In this document: positions 48,510-58,626 of the stretch, piece after piece
Position numbering within the stretch: position 1 is the stretch's first letter
Layout: the number at the start of each line of letters is the position of its first letter
Source: an uncultured Verrucomicrobiae bacterium
GTDB lineage: Bacteria; Verrucomicrobiota; Verrucomicrobiia; Palsa-1439
Reading direction: 5' to 3'
DNA: 64,000 nt
Assembly: GCA_963713705.1 (NCBI GenBank)
Contig: CAVQMY010000006.1
Location: forward strand, 38,433-102,432
The notes under the pieces: generated by a model
Databases searched by the model: none
Told to the model about the DNA's origin: nothing
Seen by the model: only the letters and a program-made list of their open reading frames with translations
Translations under genes and position numbers: made by a program

Positions 48510-49029
48510 CGAGCAACCTAGCTTTCACACCAAACATCCTTTCGCTTTCTCCAACAGCAGAATAACGGGGAACGCCCAAAAGCACCAGAGAATTCGGGGC
48601 GCCGGGCGCCCGCCCCAACCTCAGAGTTGGGAAGACCACGCCCACCTGAGGCGGGTAAACCTGCGGCGGGCAATCCGCCTACGGCGGACAAGGCTCGCCC
48701 CCGTTGCCTGCCCGTTGATCGCTCAATGTTTTTGATTTGAATCGCTATCCGTTTATGATATACTACCGCGCCATGGAGAAGTTTGTAATCAGTGTGGGGG
48801 ATGGCGAGAGCGATACCCCTCACCTTCATCCTTTGCCGCCTCGACACGACTGGCGGCGTCTCGTCCGACTCGGCTCCCCCCAAGGGGCGAGGAGACTTTG
48901 CAGAACTCGCAAGGACGGCATGGGGATACGGCCCGAGCACGGCGGTTCACCCCGACATCGGATGTCGGGGCAGGGCGCGTCCCTATCCGACCGGGGCGGT
49001 TGCGCAGGCCCAGGTTCCGCTCAAAAAAT

Positions 49030-49106
49030 AAAAATTACAAACGAACCCAAGTTTATTCAAGCCGGCGTGGAAAATTTGGAAAAACGAACCCAAAACGAAC
49101 CCAAGT
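49030..49106. repeat. ~77-bp repeat, left arm of an inverted pair (three CGAACCCAA motifs)
   Basis: The 38-bp core AAACGAACCCAAGTTTATTCAAGCCGGCGTGGAAAATT (49039-49076) is the exact reverse complement of 59803-59840. Flanking similarity continues with gaps. Confidence 0.85.
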
Positions 49107-49297
49107 TCGGGGGCTGAAATGGCGCTCCGGGGAGTGTTTGGAGGGCTTTTACGACCCAAAACACGACGGTCTCGCCTGCGGTCGGCGCACACTCGGCGCC
49201 TCTGTCGGGTTCAATTTGCGTTGCCGGGGGGTGATTTCGGGTGTATAAATGTTGGCCTCCCAAGGTACGGACTGTCTTTGGAAGGGTTGAAACTCCG

Positions 49298-51162
49298 ATG
49301 AGCAAACAACAGGCAAATGCCGCGGCCAAGAGCCGGGCGAAGACCGCAGCGCCGATTGTCGAACTCGGCGCGGAACTGCACACACCCATGCGCGGGTGCG
49401 ACATTGTCGTGAAATGTCTCGAGCGCGAGGGTGTGGACACGGTATTTGCCTATCCGGGCGGCGCGAGCATGGAATTGCACCAGGGGCTGACCCGGTCGAA
49501 GCACATTCGCACGATATTGCCGCGTCACGAACAGGGGGGCGCGTTTGCCGCGGATGGTTATGCGCGCGCCTGCGGGAAGACGGGCGTCGCGATTGCCACC
49601 AGCGGCCCGGGCGCGACGAATCTCGTCACGGGCGTTGCCGATGCGTACATGGATTCGATTCCGTTGGTCCTGATCACGGGACAGGTCCCGCAGGCGATGA
49701 TCGGCAAGGGCGCGTTCCAGGAAACGGACGTATTCGGGCTGGCGTTGCCGATCGTCAAGCACAGCTACCTCGTCATGAACGTCAAGGACATCCCGCGCGT
49801 GTTCAAGGAGGCGTTTTACATCGCCAACACGGGCCGGCCCGGCCCCGTCTGGATCGATATCCCGAAGGACGTCCAGCAGAGCACCTGCAAGCCGGTGTTC
49901 CCGGACAAAATCAATTTGCGCGGCTACAATCCCGACAAGCGGATCAGCGACATCGCGGTCAACGAGATCGCGGGGTTGATCGAGAAGAGCGAGCGGCCGG
50001 TGATTTACGCGGGCGGCGGCATTATTTCGTCCAACGCCGGCAAGGAGCTGGTCGAGTTCGCCGAGAAAGCCAATATCCCCGTCGCGACGACGATCATGGG
50101 TGTCGGCGCGATTCCATCCGATCATCGGCTGTCCATGCGCTGGCTCGGGATGCACGGCACGGTGTACGCGAATTATGCGGTCGATAAATCTGATTTGCTG
50201 TTGGCGCTCGGCGTCCGGTTTGACGACCGGGTCACGGGCAAGGTCAGCGAATTTGCCAAGCACGGGACGATTGTTCATATCGATGTCGATCCGAGCGAGC
50301 TCAACAAGAACAAGGTCGCGCATTTGCCGATCGTCAGCGACATCAAGTACGCGCTGCAGCAGCTGAACAAGGTCGTCAAGGGCAAGAAGTTCACCGAATG
50401 GCACGCGCAGATCGACGAGTGGAAGAAGCAGTTCCCCTTCCGCTACCGCGTGACGGATGAGGTGTTGAAATCGCAGTATGTCCGCGAATTCTTGAAGGGC
50501 GATGTCAACGAGATCATCATGCCGCAGTATGTCATCGAGTTGCTCTATGAACTGACCAAGGGCGACGCGATCATCACCACGGGCGTCGGCCAGCACCAGA
50601 TGTGGGCGGGGCAGTACTACAAATTCAAACACCCGCGCACGTTCCTGACCTCGGCGGGCTCGGCGCGATGGGGTACGGTTATCCCGCGGCGATGGGCGCC
50701 AAGGTGGCGTTCCCGGACAAGCAGGTGGTCGACATCGATGGCGACGGCTCGTTCCTGATGAACATCCAGGAGCTGGCCACGGCGCACATCGAGCGCATCG
50801 CCGCGAAGGCGATGGTTCTCAACAACCAGCATCTCGGCATGGTCGTCCAGTGGGAGGACAAGTTTTACAAGTCGAACCGCGGCCACACGTATCTCGGCGA
50901 CCCACAGAACCCGCACAAGATTTATCCCGATTATGTCGCGGTGGCGAAGGGCTTCAACGTTCCCGCCGAACGCGTCACGCGGAAGAGCGAATTGCGCGCG
51001 GCGATGCAGCGGATGCTCGACTCGAAGGAGCCGTACGTCCTCGATGTCATCGTCCCGTACACCGAGCACGTGCTGCCGATGATTCCCGCCGGCAAAACGG
51101 TCCGGGAGATCATCATCGAAAAAGACGCCAAGCCCGTCCTCGGCACGAATCTCGGGCTGTAG
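49298..51162 (+). pseudogene. ilvB: acetolactate synthase large subunit, one frameshift as sequenced
   Basis: [30 protein letters not shown] ... [31 protein letters not shown] ... GVGQHQMW, then RTFLTS|[17 protein letters not shown] ... [14 protein letters not shown] continues in the frame of ORF 50602-51162. The break is around 50650-50656. Confidence 0.85.
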
Positions 51163-51231
51163 TTGCCGCGATCAGGGTTGCGCGACGGATTTTGTGGTCG
51201 CGGCGGTGACCGCCCGCTACAATTTAAACTT

Positions 51232-52992
51232 GTGAACCGATCCGATTGGATTCGAACAGGCGCTGTCCTGATGCTGTTCGCTGTCGTCTTCGAATTTCTC
51301 ACCATCCATAGTTATCGGCGTCTTTCGGCGACCATCGATGAGCCGCAGCATCTCACCGATGGTTATGTCGCGTGGAAACTGCAGGATTACCGCGTCGACC
51401 CGGATCACCCGCCGCTGCTGCGGATGTGGGCCGCGCTGCCGCTGTTGGCAACGCCCGGGATCAAGCTCGACACCCACAGCCGTTACTGGCTCCCGTTCGA
51501 TGAGTGGCGCTTCTGCCATCAATTCCTTTATCAGGACAACGACGCGGATCGCTTGCTCTATCCCGCTCGCTTCATGATCAGTCTGCTCGGCGTGCTTCTC
51601 GGCATTCTGGTATTTTGTTGGGCCAGGGAGTTGGTCGGTTTCTGGCCCGCCGCAATCGTGTTGGGATTGTTTTGTGCGGAACCGAATCTGGTGGCGCATT
51701 CCGGTTTGGTCACGACCGATTTGGGCGCGACCTGCTTCATCTTCGGCTCGGTGTACTTCGCGTGGCGGATCGCGCGCGATTTCAGCATCGGCAACGCCAT
51801 CGGACTCACCGTTTTTTTCGTGCTCGCCCAACTCAGCAAGTACTCCGCGCTCCTGCTCGTGCCCATTCTTCTGGGCTTGTGGCTCGTGCGGGCGCTCACA
51901 CGAACGCCATGGCCGTGCCATCTTCGTCGCGCCACACTTCTTACGTCGCGAGCGCGCAAAACCATGCTGGTTCTGGTTTCCATCGGCTGTCTGGTGCTGG
52001 TTTCTTACGTGGCGCTTTGGGCGATCTACTCGTTCCGCTATGCGCCGACCGCGGCGGGAATCGAGCAGGCGCAGTTCACTGCCGATGTCGAGGCGCAGCA
52101 TCGCCTGCCCCGGCTCACCAGCTTGATGCAATGGGTCGATGCGCATCACCTGTTGCCCAACGCCTGCGCGCAGGGATTCCTCTCCATGACCGCGAAGGCC
52201 CAGTTGCGGCCGGCGTATTTGTTCGGGGAATTCAGCGAGCAGGGGTGGTGGTACTACTTTCCCGTGGCGTTTCTCATCAAGACTCCCATCGCGCTGCTGT
52301 TCCTGTCGTTCATCGGGTTGATACTCTGGACTGTCGACGGGACGAAGAGCTGGCTGAACGGTTTGTTCGTCGTGGGACCACCGGCGGCTTATGTTATCGT
52401 GGCGATGGCCGGTCACTTGGATATCGGTCTGCGACACATCCTGATCGTCTATCCGTTTCTATTGCTGCTGGCCGGGCGGACCATCGCGGCTCTGTTCCCA
52501 TCATGCGTGTCGGGAGCAAAACGTCGGTGGAGAGGCATCGCTCTTGTATGCCTGTGTCTGGCCCAGGTCACGGAATTCGCTGCCGTCTATCCGGACTGCC
52601 TCGCGTTTTTCAATGTCAGCGTTGGTGGGCCACAGCACGGTGCCGACTATCTGGTCGATTCCAATCTCGATTGGGGCCAGGGCCTGAAACTGCTCAAGCA
52701 GTGGATGACGGAGCATCACGTCACCCGCATCAATTTGAGTTACTTCGGCTACGCCGACCCGGCCTACTACGGAATCGAGTACAACCCGTTGCCCGGTTCG
52801 CCATTCTTTGACTACGGTCGGATTGGCAAACCGCAGGTGCCCGGCTACATCGCGGTCAGTGCCACCAACCTGCGCGGCCTGTACCTGAGCGATTTCGCCA
52901 GGGGCCTGTACGCAAACCTCCAGAAACGGCAACCCGTCGCCGTCCTCGGCCACTGCATCTACATATATTGGGTCGACCAGCCGTGGTGGTAG
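51232..52992 (+). CDS. GT-C fold glycosyltransferase, family 39/ArnT-PMT-like, tandem paralog 1
   Basis: About 586 aa with more than 10 TM segments. First-loop acidic motif ATIDEPQHL, shared blocks HPPLLRMWAALPLL, EPNLVAH, VTTDLG, GWWYYFPVAFLIKTP, DSNLDWGQGLKLLKQWM, YIYWVDQPWW. GTG start chosen by alignment to the paralogs. Confidence 0.7.
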   Translation: MNRSDWIRTGAVLMLFAVVFEFLTIHSYRRLSATIDEPQHLTDGYVAWKLQDYRVDPDHPPLLRMWAALPLLATPGIKLDTHSRYWLPFDEWRFCHQFLYQDNDADRLLYPARFMISLLGVLLGILVFCWARELVGFWPAAIVLGLFCAEPNLVAHSGLVTTDLGATCFIFGSVYFAWRIARDFSIGNAIGLTVFFVLAQLSKYSALLLVPILLGLWLVRALTRTPWPCHLRRATLLTSRARKTMLVLVSIGCLVLVSYVALWAIYSFRYAPTAAGIEQAQFTADVEAQHRLPRLTSLMQWVDAHHLLPNACAQGFLSMTAKAQLRPAYLFGEFSEQGWWYYFPVAFLIKTPIALLFLSFIGLILWTVDGTKSWLNGLFVVGPPAAYVIVAMAGHLDIGLRHILIVYPFLLLLAGRTIAALFPSCVSGAKRRWRGIALVCLCLAQVTEFAAVYPDCLAFFNVSVGGPQHGADYLVDSNLDWGQGLKLLKQWMTEHHVTRINLSYFGYADPAYYGIEYNPLPGSPFFDYGRIGKPQVPGYIAVSATNLRGLYLSDFARGLYANLQKRQPVAVLGHCIYIYWVDQPWW

Positions 52993-53048
52993 GTAAGCCA
53001 ACAGGTTTTTATGGTCGCAATCACCACGACTCGGTACAATCCGCGCCC

Positions 53049-54800
53049 ATGGAGGGTAGCGCTTGGGTTCGGACATCGGTCGTGCTTTGCGCATTCACGG
53101 TGGCTTTCATCGCGCTCACCGTTGGCAGCTACACGCAAAAATCCGCGACCGTGGACGAGCCGCAGCACCTGACCGCCGGCTATACAGCACTGCGCTGGCA
53201 CGATTACCGTATCGACCCCGAACATCCACCGTTCCTGCGCATGTGGGCGGCATTACCGTTGCTGGCCATGCCCGATGTCCGGATCGATACGAACAGCCCC
53301 TCGTGGAGCACGGCCGACGGATGGGAATTCAGTCATCACTTCCTCTACGAACTCAACGACGCCGACCACTTGTTGTATCGCGCCCGGTTCATGACGGTCG
53401 TGCTCGGGATCCTGCTGGGAATCCTGGTCTTCAGTTGGGCCAACGAACTCTTCGGATTTTGGACGGCGGCAACAATCCTCGCGCTCTACTGTCTCGAACC
53501 AAACATACTCGCCCATTCGAGTCTTGTGACCACCGACCTCGGCGTGGCGTGCTTCAGTTTCGGCGCCCTCTACTTCCTCTGGCGCACAACACGAAGACTC
53601 ACCTGCGGCAACGTCGCCGGTGTAACGGTGTTCTTCGCGCTCGCCCAGATCTCCAAATTCTCCGCGCTGCTCCTCGGACCGATCCTGCTGGTATTGCTGG
53701 TCCTGCCCGTCCTTCGCGTGTATCCTTGGCCCTGCCGGTTTGCCAAGGGAATCAACCTTCATTCGCGGCGCGCGAAAACGCTTGTTTCCCTTGCGGTCGT
53801 GGCGATTCTGGCCCTTACCTCCTACGCGGCGGTGTGGGCCGCCTATGGCTTCCGGTATGGACCGATTACTCCCAGCCATGATCTCCTGCTTCTGCGTGAA
53901 AACACGCAGTTCTTGCAGTCGGTGCGCACGATTGCACGTGTCGCCGATTGGCTGGACCAACACAAATTGGTGCCAGACGCTTACGCGCAGAGTTTCATTC
54001 TCAGCCAGGTAAAGGCGCAGCACCGCACAGGGTATTTGGCGGGCCGATCCAGCCGTACCGGCTGGTGGTACTATTTCCCCGCGGCATTTCTGGTCAAAAC
54101 GCCGTTAACCATCTTGTTGCTTCTCTTTTGTGGCTTGGCGCTCCTCATCCAAAAACCCGCGCCGTGGAAGACTGACACCGCATTTCTCGTGTTCCCGCCG
54201 GTGATTTTGCTCGGCACAGCCATGATGGCACACCTCAACATCGGCGTGCGTCACATCCTGCCGATTTATCCATTCGTACTTCTCATCACAGGAGTAACGC
54301 TCGATGAAATGCGTGTGAAGTGGCGCGCCAGCTTTCTGTTGGTTCCGGTCGTGCTCGCTTCCGTCGAACTCGCCACGGTCTATCCGCATTACCTTGCTTT
54401 CTTCAACCAAATCGTCGGCGGTCCCCGCAACGGCCATTGGGTGCTTCTCGATTCGAATATCGATTGGGGCCAGGACCTCAAGCCGCTCAAACGATGGATG
54501 GACGCCCACCACGTCGACCACATCAACCTCAGCTATTTCGGCAACGCCGATCCCGCGTACTACGGGATCCAGTGCACGTATCTGCCCGGCTCGCCTTCGT
54601 TTGCGGCGTCACGAATCACGGATCCGCACCTGCCCGGTTACGTCGCGGTAAGCGTGCAAAACCTGCACGGCGTCCTCCACGACGCGCCAGTGTCCGAGTT
54701 CTACACCCCTCTCTTGGAGCGCAACCCGTCGGCGGTGATCGGTTATTCGATCCACGTATACTGGGTCGAGACAAATTGGTGGTATAATCCGCGGCCATGA
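53049..54800 (+). CDS. GT39/ArnT-PMT-like glycosyltransferase, tandem paralog 2
   Basis: Same block structure (ATVDEPQHL, HPPFLRMWAALPLL, EPNILAH, VTTDLG, GWWYYFPAAFLVKTP, DSNIDWGQDLKPLKRWM, HVYWVETNWW). Confidence 0.7.
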   Translation: MEGSAWVRTSVVLCAFTVAFIALTVGSYTQKSATVDEPQHLTAGYTALRWHDYRIDPEHPPFLRMWAALPLLAMPDVRIDTNSPSWSTADGWEFSHHFLYELNDADHLLYRARFMTVVLGILLGILVFSWANELFGFWTAATILALYCLEPNILAHSSLVTTDLGVACFSFGALYFLWRTTRRLTCGNVAGVTVFFALAQISKFSALLLGPILLVLLVLPVLRVYPWPCRFAKGINLHSRRAKTLVSLAVVAILALTSYAAVWAAYGFRYGPITPSHDLLLLRENTQFLQSVRTIARVADWLDQHKLVPDAYAQSFILSQVKAQHRTGYLAGRSSRTGWWYYFPAAFLVKTPLTILLLLFCGLALLIQKPAPWKTDTAFLVFPPVILLGTAMMAHLNIGVRHILPIYPFVLLITGVTLDEMRVKWRASFLLVPVVLASVELATVYPHYLAFFNQIVGGPRNGHWVLLDSNIDWGQDLKPLKRWMDAHHVDHINLSYFGNADPAYYGIQCTYLPGSPSFAASRITDPHLPGYVAVSVQNLHGVLHDAPVSEFYTPLLERNPSAVIGYSIHVYWVETNWWYNPRP

Positions 54801-56563
54801 AAGTCTCGGAACGACTTCGCTGCATCCTTTGCCTGGCGGTCTTCGCCGTCGTGTTCCTGGCGCTGGCCGTCGGCAGCTACGTGCGTGAATCCGCGACCTG
54901 GGACGAACCGCAACACCTGGTCGCGGGCTATAGCGCGCTCAAATTCCACGATTACCGCACTGACCCGGAGCATCCGCCATTCATCCGCATGTGGGCGGCG
55001 TTGCCCCTGCTCGGTATGGATGGAATCAAGATGGATCTGCGGGGGATCGATCCGATGGCTTCCGCGTCCTGGGTCATGGGGAAACAATTCCTCTTTTGTC
55101 ACGATACGCTCTACCTCTCCAACGATGCCGACCGTCTGCTCTACGCCGCGCGGTTCATGATTGTCCTCCTGGGCGTGCTCTTGGGTGTACTGCTCTTCTG
55201 TTGGGCTCACGAGTTGTTCGGGTTCTGGCCAGCCGCGATCGTTCTCGGGTTCTATACCCTCGAGCCCAACATCCTGGCGCATTGCCGGCTCGTCACCACG
55301 GATTTTGGCGTGACATGTTTTGGGTTTGGCGTCGCCTACTTCCTGTGGCGAACCGCGCGCCGCCTCAGCGTGGGAAACCTGTTTGGTTTGGTTGCTTTTT
55401 TCGCATTGGCGCAGGCGAGCAAGTTTTCCGCCGTGCTGCTTGGCCCGGTGGCGCTGGTGTTGCTGGCCGCCCGCGCCTGCCAGAAGTCTGCCTGGCCGGT
55501 CCGCATTGGCAAATGCACCGATCTGTCCACCCGTTGGAAGAGACTCTCCGCGGCAATGATCATCTTTGCGACGCTCGCGGTCGCCTCGTGGGTGGCGATC
55601 TGGGCGGCCTACGATTTTCGCTACCTGCCCTCCGCCGCACCCGATTGGCGCATGGAATTCCACAAGGATCCCGGTATCCTCCAGCGCATGCCCACGCTGA
55701 CCCGAGCGGTCACGTGGGTGGATGAACACCACCTGCTCCCCAACGCGTACAATGAAGGCTTCCTGCTCGGGCAGATCAAAGCCCAAAAGCGCAGCGGGTT
55801 TCTCGCGGGCAGCTACCGCACGGACGGTTGGTGGTGGTTCTTCCCGTTCGCGTTCCTGATCAAGACGCCCATCTCCGTGATCGTGCTGTTCGCCGTCGGG
55901 GTCATCCTGGCCGTAAACTGCTGGCGGCGTTTTGCCGATGATGCCGTGTATGCGTTACTGCCGCCCGGAGCGTTTCTGGCGGCCGCCATGCTGGCAAAAT
56001 TGAACATCGGATTGCGCCACATCCTACCCGTCTATCCGTTCGTTCTGTTATTGGCTGGTTACGCCATCACCAAACTATCCGCGGAGCGGCCCAAGCCACT
56101 TCGCCTCACCCTGGCCGCCCTCTGTCTCCTGGCGATCGTCGAATTCGCCCTCGTGTGCCCACACTATCTTGCCTTCTTTAACCAATTCGTCGGCGGCCCG
56201 AGCCATGGACACGAGTATCTCGTCGATTCCAATATCGATTGGGGACAGGATCTGAAAGGCTTGAAGCAGTGGATGGACCAGCACGACGTGCACCACATCA
56301 ACCTGAGCTACTTCGGCACAGCTGATGCAGACTATTACAAGATCGATTGTACGTACCTTCCCGGCGGGCCGTTCTTTGACGACAAACGTGTGTCCCGCCC
56401 AAACCTACCGGGCTTCGTTGCTGTCAGTATCACCAACCTGCGCGGCCTCTATTTTTCGGATAACGCGCGCGATGTGTACAAGCCCCTGCTGGACATGCAG
56501 CCGGCTGCGGTGATTGGATATTCCATCTACGTCTATTGGGTCGATCGGCCGTGGTGGCACTGA
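54797..56563 (+). CDS. GT39/ArnT-PMT-like glycosyltransferase, tandem paralog 3
   Basis: Same block structure (ATWDEPQHL, HPPFIRMWAALPLL, EPNILAH, VTTDFG, GWWWFFPFAFLIKTP, DSNIDWGQDLKGLKQWM, YVYWVDRPWW). ATGA overlap with paralog 2. Confidence 0.7.
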   Translation: MKVSERLRCILCLAVFAVVFLALAVGSYVRESATWDEPQHLVAGYSALKFHDYRTDPEHPPFIRMWAALPLLGMDGIKMDLRGIDPMASASWVMGKQFLFCHDTLYLSNDADRLLYAARFMIVLLGVLLGVLLFCWAHELFGFWPAAIVLGFYTLEPNILAHCRLVTTDFGVTCFGFGVAYFLWRTARRLSVGNLFGLVAFFALAQASKFSAVLLGPVALVLLAARACQKSAWPVRIGKCTDLSTRWKRLSAAMIIFATLAVASWVAIWAAYDFRYLPSAAPDWRMEFHKDPGILQRMPTLTRAVTWVDEHHLLPNAYNEGFLLGQIKAQKRSGFLAGSYRTDGWWWFFPFAFLIKTPISVIVLFAVGVILAVNCWRRFADDAVYALLPPGAFLAAAMLAKLNIGLRHILPVYPFVLLLAGYAITKLSAERPKPLRLTLAALCLLAIVEFALVCPHYLAFFNQFVGGPSHGHEYLVDSNIDWGQDLKGLKQWMDQHDVHHINLSYFGTADADYYKIDCTYLPGGPFFDDKRVSRPNLPGFVAVSITNLRGLYFSDNARDVYKPLLDMQPAAVIGYSIYVYWVDRPWWH

Positions 56564-56579
56564 CGACGACGCTCGAGGC

Positions 56580-57062
56580 TCACTCCGGCTGGCTTTCCTC
56601 TTCCTGACCGGTGAACTCGTCCCCGCCCTCCTGTTTCATGCGCTTGAGGACCTCGGACATGTCTTCGACCACGTGAAAAACCTTCGTGGCGACGTAAATT
56701 GGGCTCTTCTGCTGGACAGCCAGCGCAATGCAATCACTCGGACGCGAGTCGATTTCCAAAATCTTCTTGCCGAGCTCGTTCTCGGAACGCAAGACGAGCC
56801 GTGCGTAGTACGTGCTGTTCTTGAGGTCGTTGATGACGATGCGCTCGACCTTCACACCCAATCCCGCAAAAATGTGGCCAATCAGATCGTGCGTCAGCGG
56901 GCGCTCTTTGGGGGTGTTCCGCAGGAACATCGTGATGGCCGCGCCGACACTGTGGTCCACGTAGATGACGAACGTCTTCTCGTCGTTGCCGACGAACACC
57001 GCGCAACCCGTGGTGGTCGGCAGCACGCCCTTGACCTGCACCTCGACGACGTCGTTCTTCAC
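56580..57062 (-). CDS. bifunctional nuclease (BFN/DUF151) family protein
   Basis: VVEVQVKGVLPTTTGCAVFVGNDEKTFVIYVDHSVGAAI ... RPLTHDLI ... YYARLVL ... IDSRPSDCIALAV. Confidence 0.8.
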   Translation of the reverse strand: MKNDVVEVQVKGVLPTTTGCAVFVGNDEKTFVIYVDHSVGAAITMFLRNTPKERPLTHDLIGHIFAGLGVKVERIVINDLKNSTYYARLVLRSENELGKKILEIDSRPSDCIALAVQQKSPIYVATKVFHVVEDMSEVLKRMKQEGGDEFTGQEEESQPE

Positions 57063-57113
57063 GGCGTTATAATAGATGCCTTTGCCGGGAAAGGCAAACC
57101 ACGCTCTCCGAGT

Positions 57114-57662
57114 TCAAAACAGGCATATCGCCGCCGTGATCACCGTCGAGTACTGCCCCTGCGGATGACCGACGGCTGTCTGCGTGCAATTGCTTGTGCG
57201 GACGATCTTTCCGCTCATGCGAAAAACCTGTTCCTTCTCGTCCCAGCTCGCGTCCTCGTTGAAATCAACGCCCAACGTCGTCCCCAACATCGCCGCCGCC
57301 ATGTCCTCGGAAAAATTCCCCGCCGTCGTGTCGTTCATGCCGTACGCATGCAACTCGCTCAGGTAACCGTACGCGTCCTCGTCCGCCGGCTGCGCCACGC
57401 CAATCGATGCCGCAATCAGCCGATGCGGCTCATTCGTCGAAATCCGCGCGATCACCGCAAACGTGATCTGCCCGGGCTGCAGCAACTGCTCGCCCTGCTT
57501 CCGCGAAATGATCTTGCACCGCGGTGGCAGGATGCTCGACACCGTCACCAGGTTGCACTTCTCAATGCCCGCGTCGCGCAACGCCAGCTCAAAACTCCGC
57601 AGCTCGTGCTTGTGTGTGCCGACACCTTTTGTCAGGAAAATCTTCGATGGTACAAAATGCAT
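57114..57662 (-). CDS. pdaD: pyruvoyl-dependent arginine decarboxylase
   Basis: [47 protein letters not shown] matches the PdaD N-terminus, including the self-cleavage SS site region. Confidence 0.85.
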   Translation of the reverse strand: MHFVPSKIFLTKGVGTHKHELRSFELALRDAGIEKCNLVTVSSILPPRCKIISRKQGEQLLQPGQITFAVIARISTNEPHRLIAASIGVAQPADEDAYGYLSELHAYGMNDTTAGNFSEDMAAAMLGTTLGVDFNEDASWDEKEQVFRMSGKIVRTSNCTQTAVGHPQGQYSTVITAAICLF

Positions 57663-57750
57663 GTGTTGGTTTCTCGCTCCCGTCGCGAAGAGAAACAAAT
57701 TTCTTGCAGCAATGCAAGAAATTCATCATGGTTCTGCCGCATTTTTTTAC

Positions 57751-58626
57751 ATGACCGCCAAACACCATATCGTCACCGTCGGCCTCGTCCAGATGCGCTG
57801 CACCGCGCCGCCGTCGGCGAACCTGAAGCACGCGCTGGCTCTCGTCGAGAAAGCCGCCAACCGCGGCGCGCAAATCGTCTGCCTGCCCGAGCTGTTCCGG
57901 TCGCTCTATTTCTGCCAGACCGAGGACCACAGCCAGTTCGCGCTCGCCGAACCGATCCCGGGACCAACCACGGCCGCGCTCGCGTCCGCCGCGCGCGCCC
58001 ACCGCATCACTATCGTCGGCTCGATCTTCGAGAAACGTTCCGCCGGCGTCTATCACAACACGGCCGTCATCATCGACCCCAAAGGCAAACTGGTTGGCCG
58101 CTATCGCAAGATGCATATCCCCGACGATCCGTTGTACTACGAAAAATTCTACTTCACGCCGGGCGATCTCGGCTTCCAATCGTTCGCCACTCCGCGCGCC
58201 ACCATCGGCACGCTCGTGTGCTGGGACCAGTGGTACCCCGAAGCCGCGCGCCTCACCGCCTTGAAGGGCGCCCAGATCCTTTTCTATCCAACCGCCATCG
58301 GTTGGCACCTCAGCGAGAAGAAACAATTTGGCGCGAAACAGCATGATGCCTGGGTCACCATCCAGCGGTCCCACGCCATCGCCAACGGCGTGTTTGTCGC
58401 CGCGCCCAATCGCATCGGCCGGGAAGGCACCGTCCAGTTTTGGGGTGGCTCATTCGTCTGCGATCCATTTGGCGAAGTGATTGCCCAGGCCAGCCACGAC
58501 AAGGAAGAGGTCCTCATCGCGAAATGCGACCTCCGCAAAGTCGACGTGACGCGCCAGCATTGGCCGTTCCTTCGCGACCGCCGCATCGATGCCTACGGCG
58601 GCATCACCCAGCGCCTGCTCGACTGA
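57751..58626 (+). CDS. aguB: N-carbamoylputrescine amidase (carbon-nitrogen hydrolase)
   Basis: VTVGLVQMRC ... VCLPELF ... YRKMHIPDDPLYYEKFYFTPGD ... LVCWDQWYPEAAR ... AIGW. Adjacent to aguA. Confidence 0.85.
   Translation: MTAKHHIVTVGLVQMRCTAPPSANLKHALALVEKAANRGAQIVCLPELFRSLYFCQTEDHSQFALAEPIPGPTTAALASAARAHRITIVGSIFEKRSAGVYHNTAVIIDPKGKLVGRYRKMHIPDDPLYYEKFYFTPGDLGFQSFATPRATIGTLVCWDQWYPEAARLTALKGAQILFYPTAIGWHLSEKKQFGAKQHDAWVTIQRSHAIANGVFVAAPNRIGREGTVQFWGGSFVCDPFGEVIAQASHDKEEVLIAKCDLRKVDVTRQHWPFLRDRRIDAYGGITQRLLD

Noticed and set aside
49211-50632. 473-aa minus-strand ORF opposite ilvB
   Set aside because: The plus frame carries the ThDP-enzyme motifs of acetolactate synthase. The antisense frame is Arg/Asp/Leu-rich junk.
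56514-58346. 610-aa plus-strand ORF
   Set aside because: It runs across three well-supported genes (BFN and pdaD on the minus strand, aguB in another plus frame) and is extremely Arg-rich.
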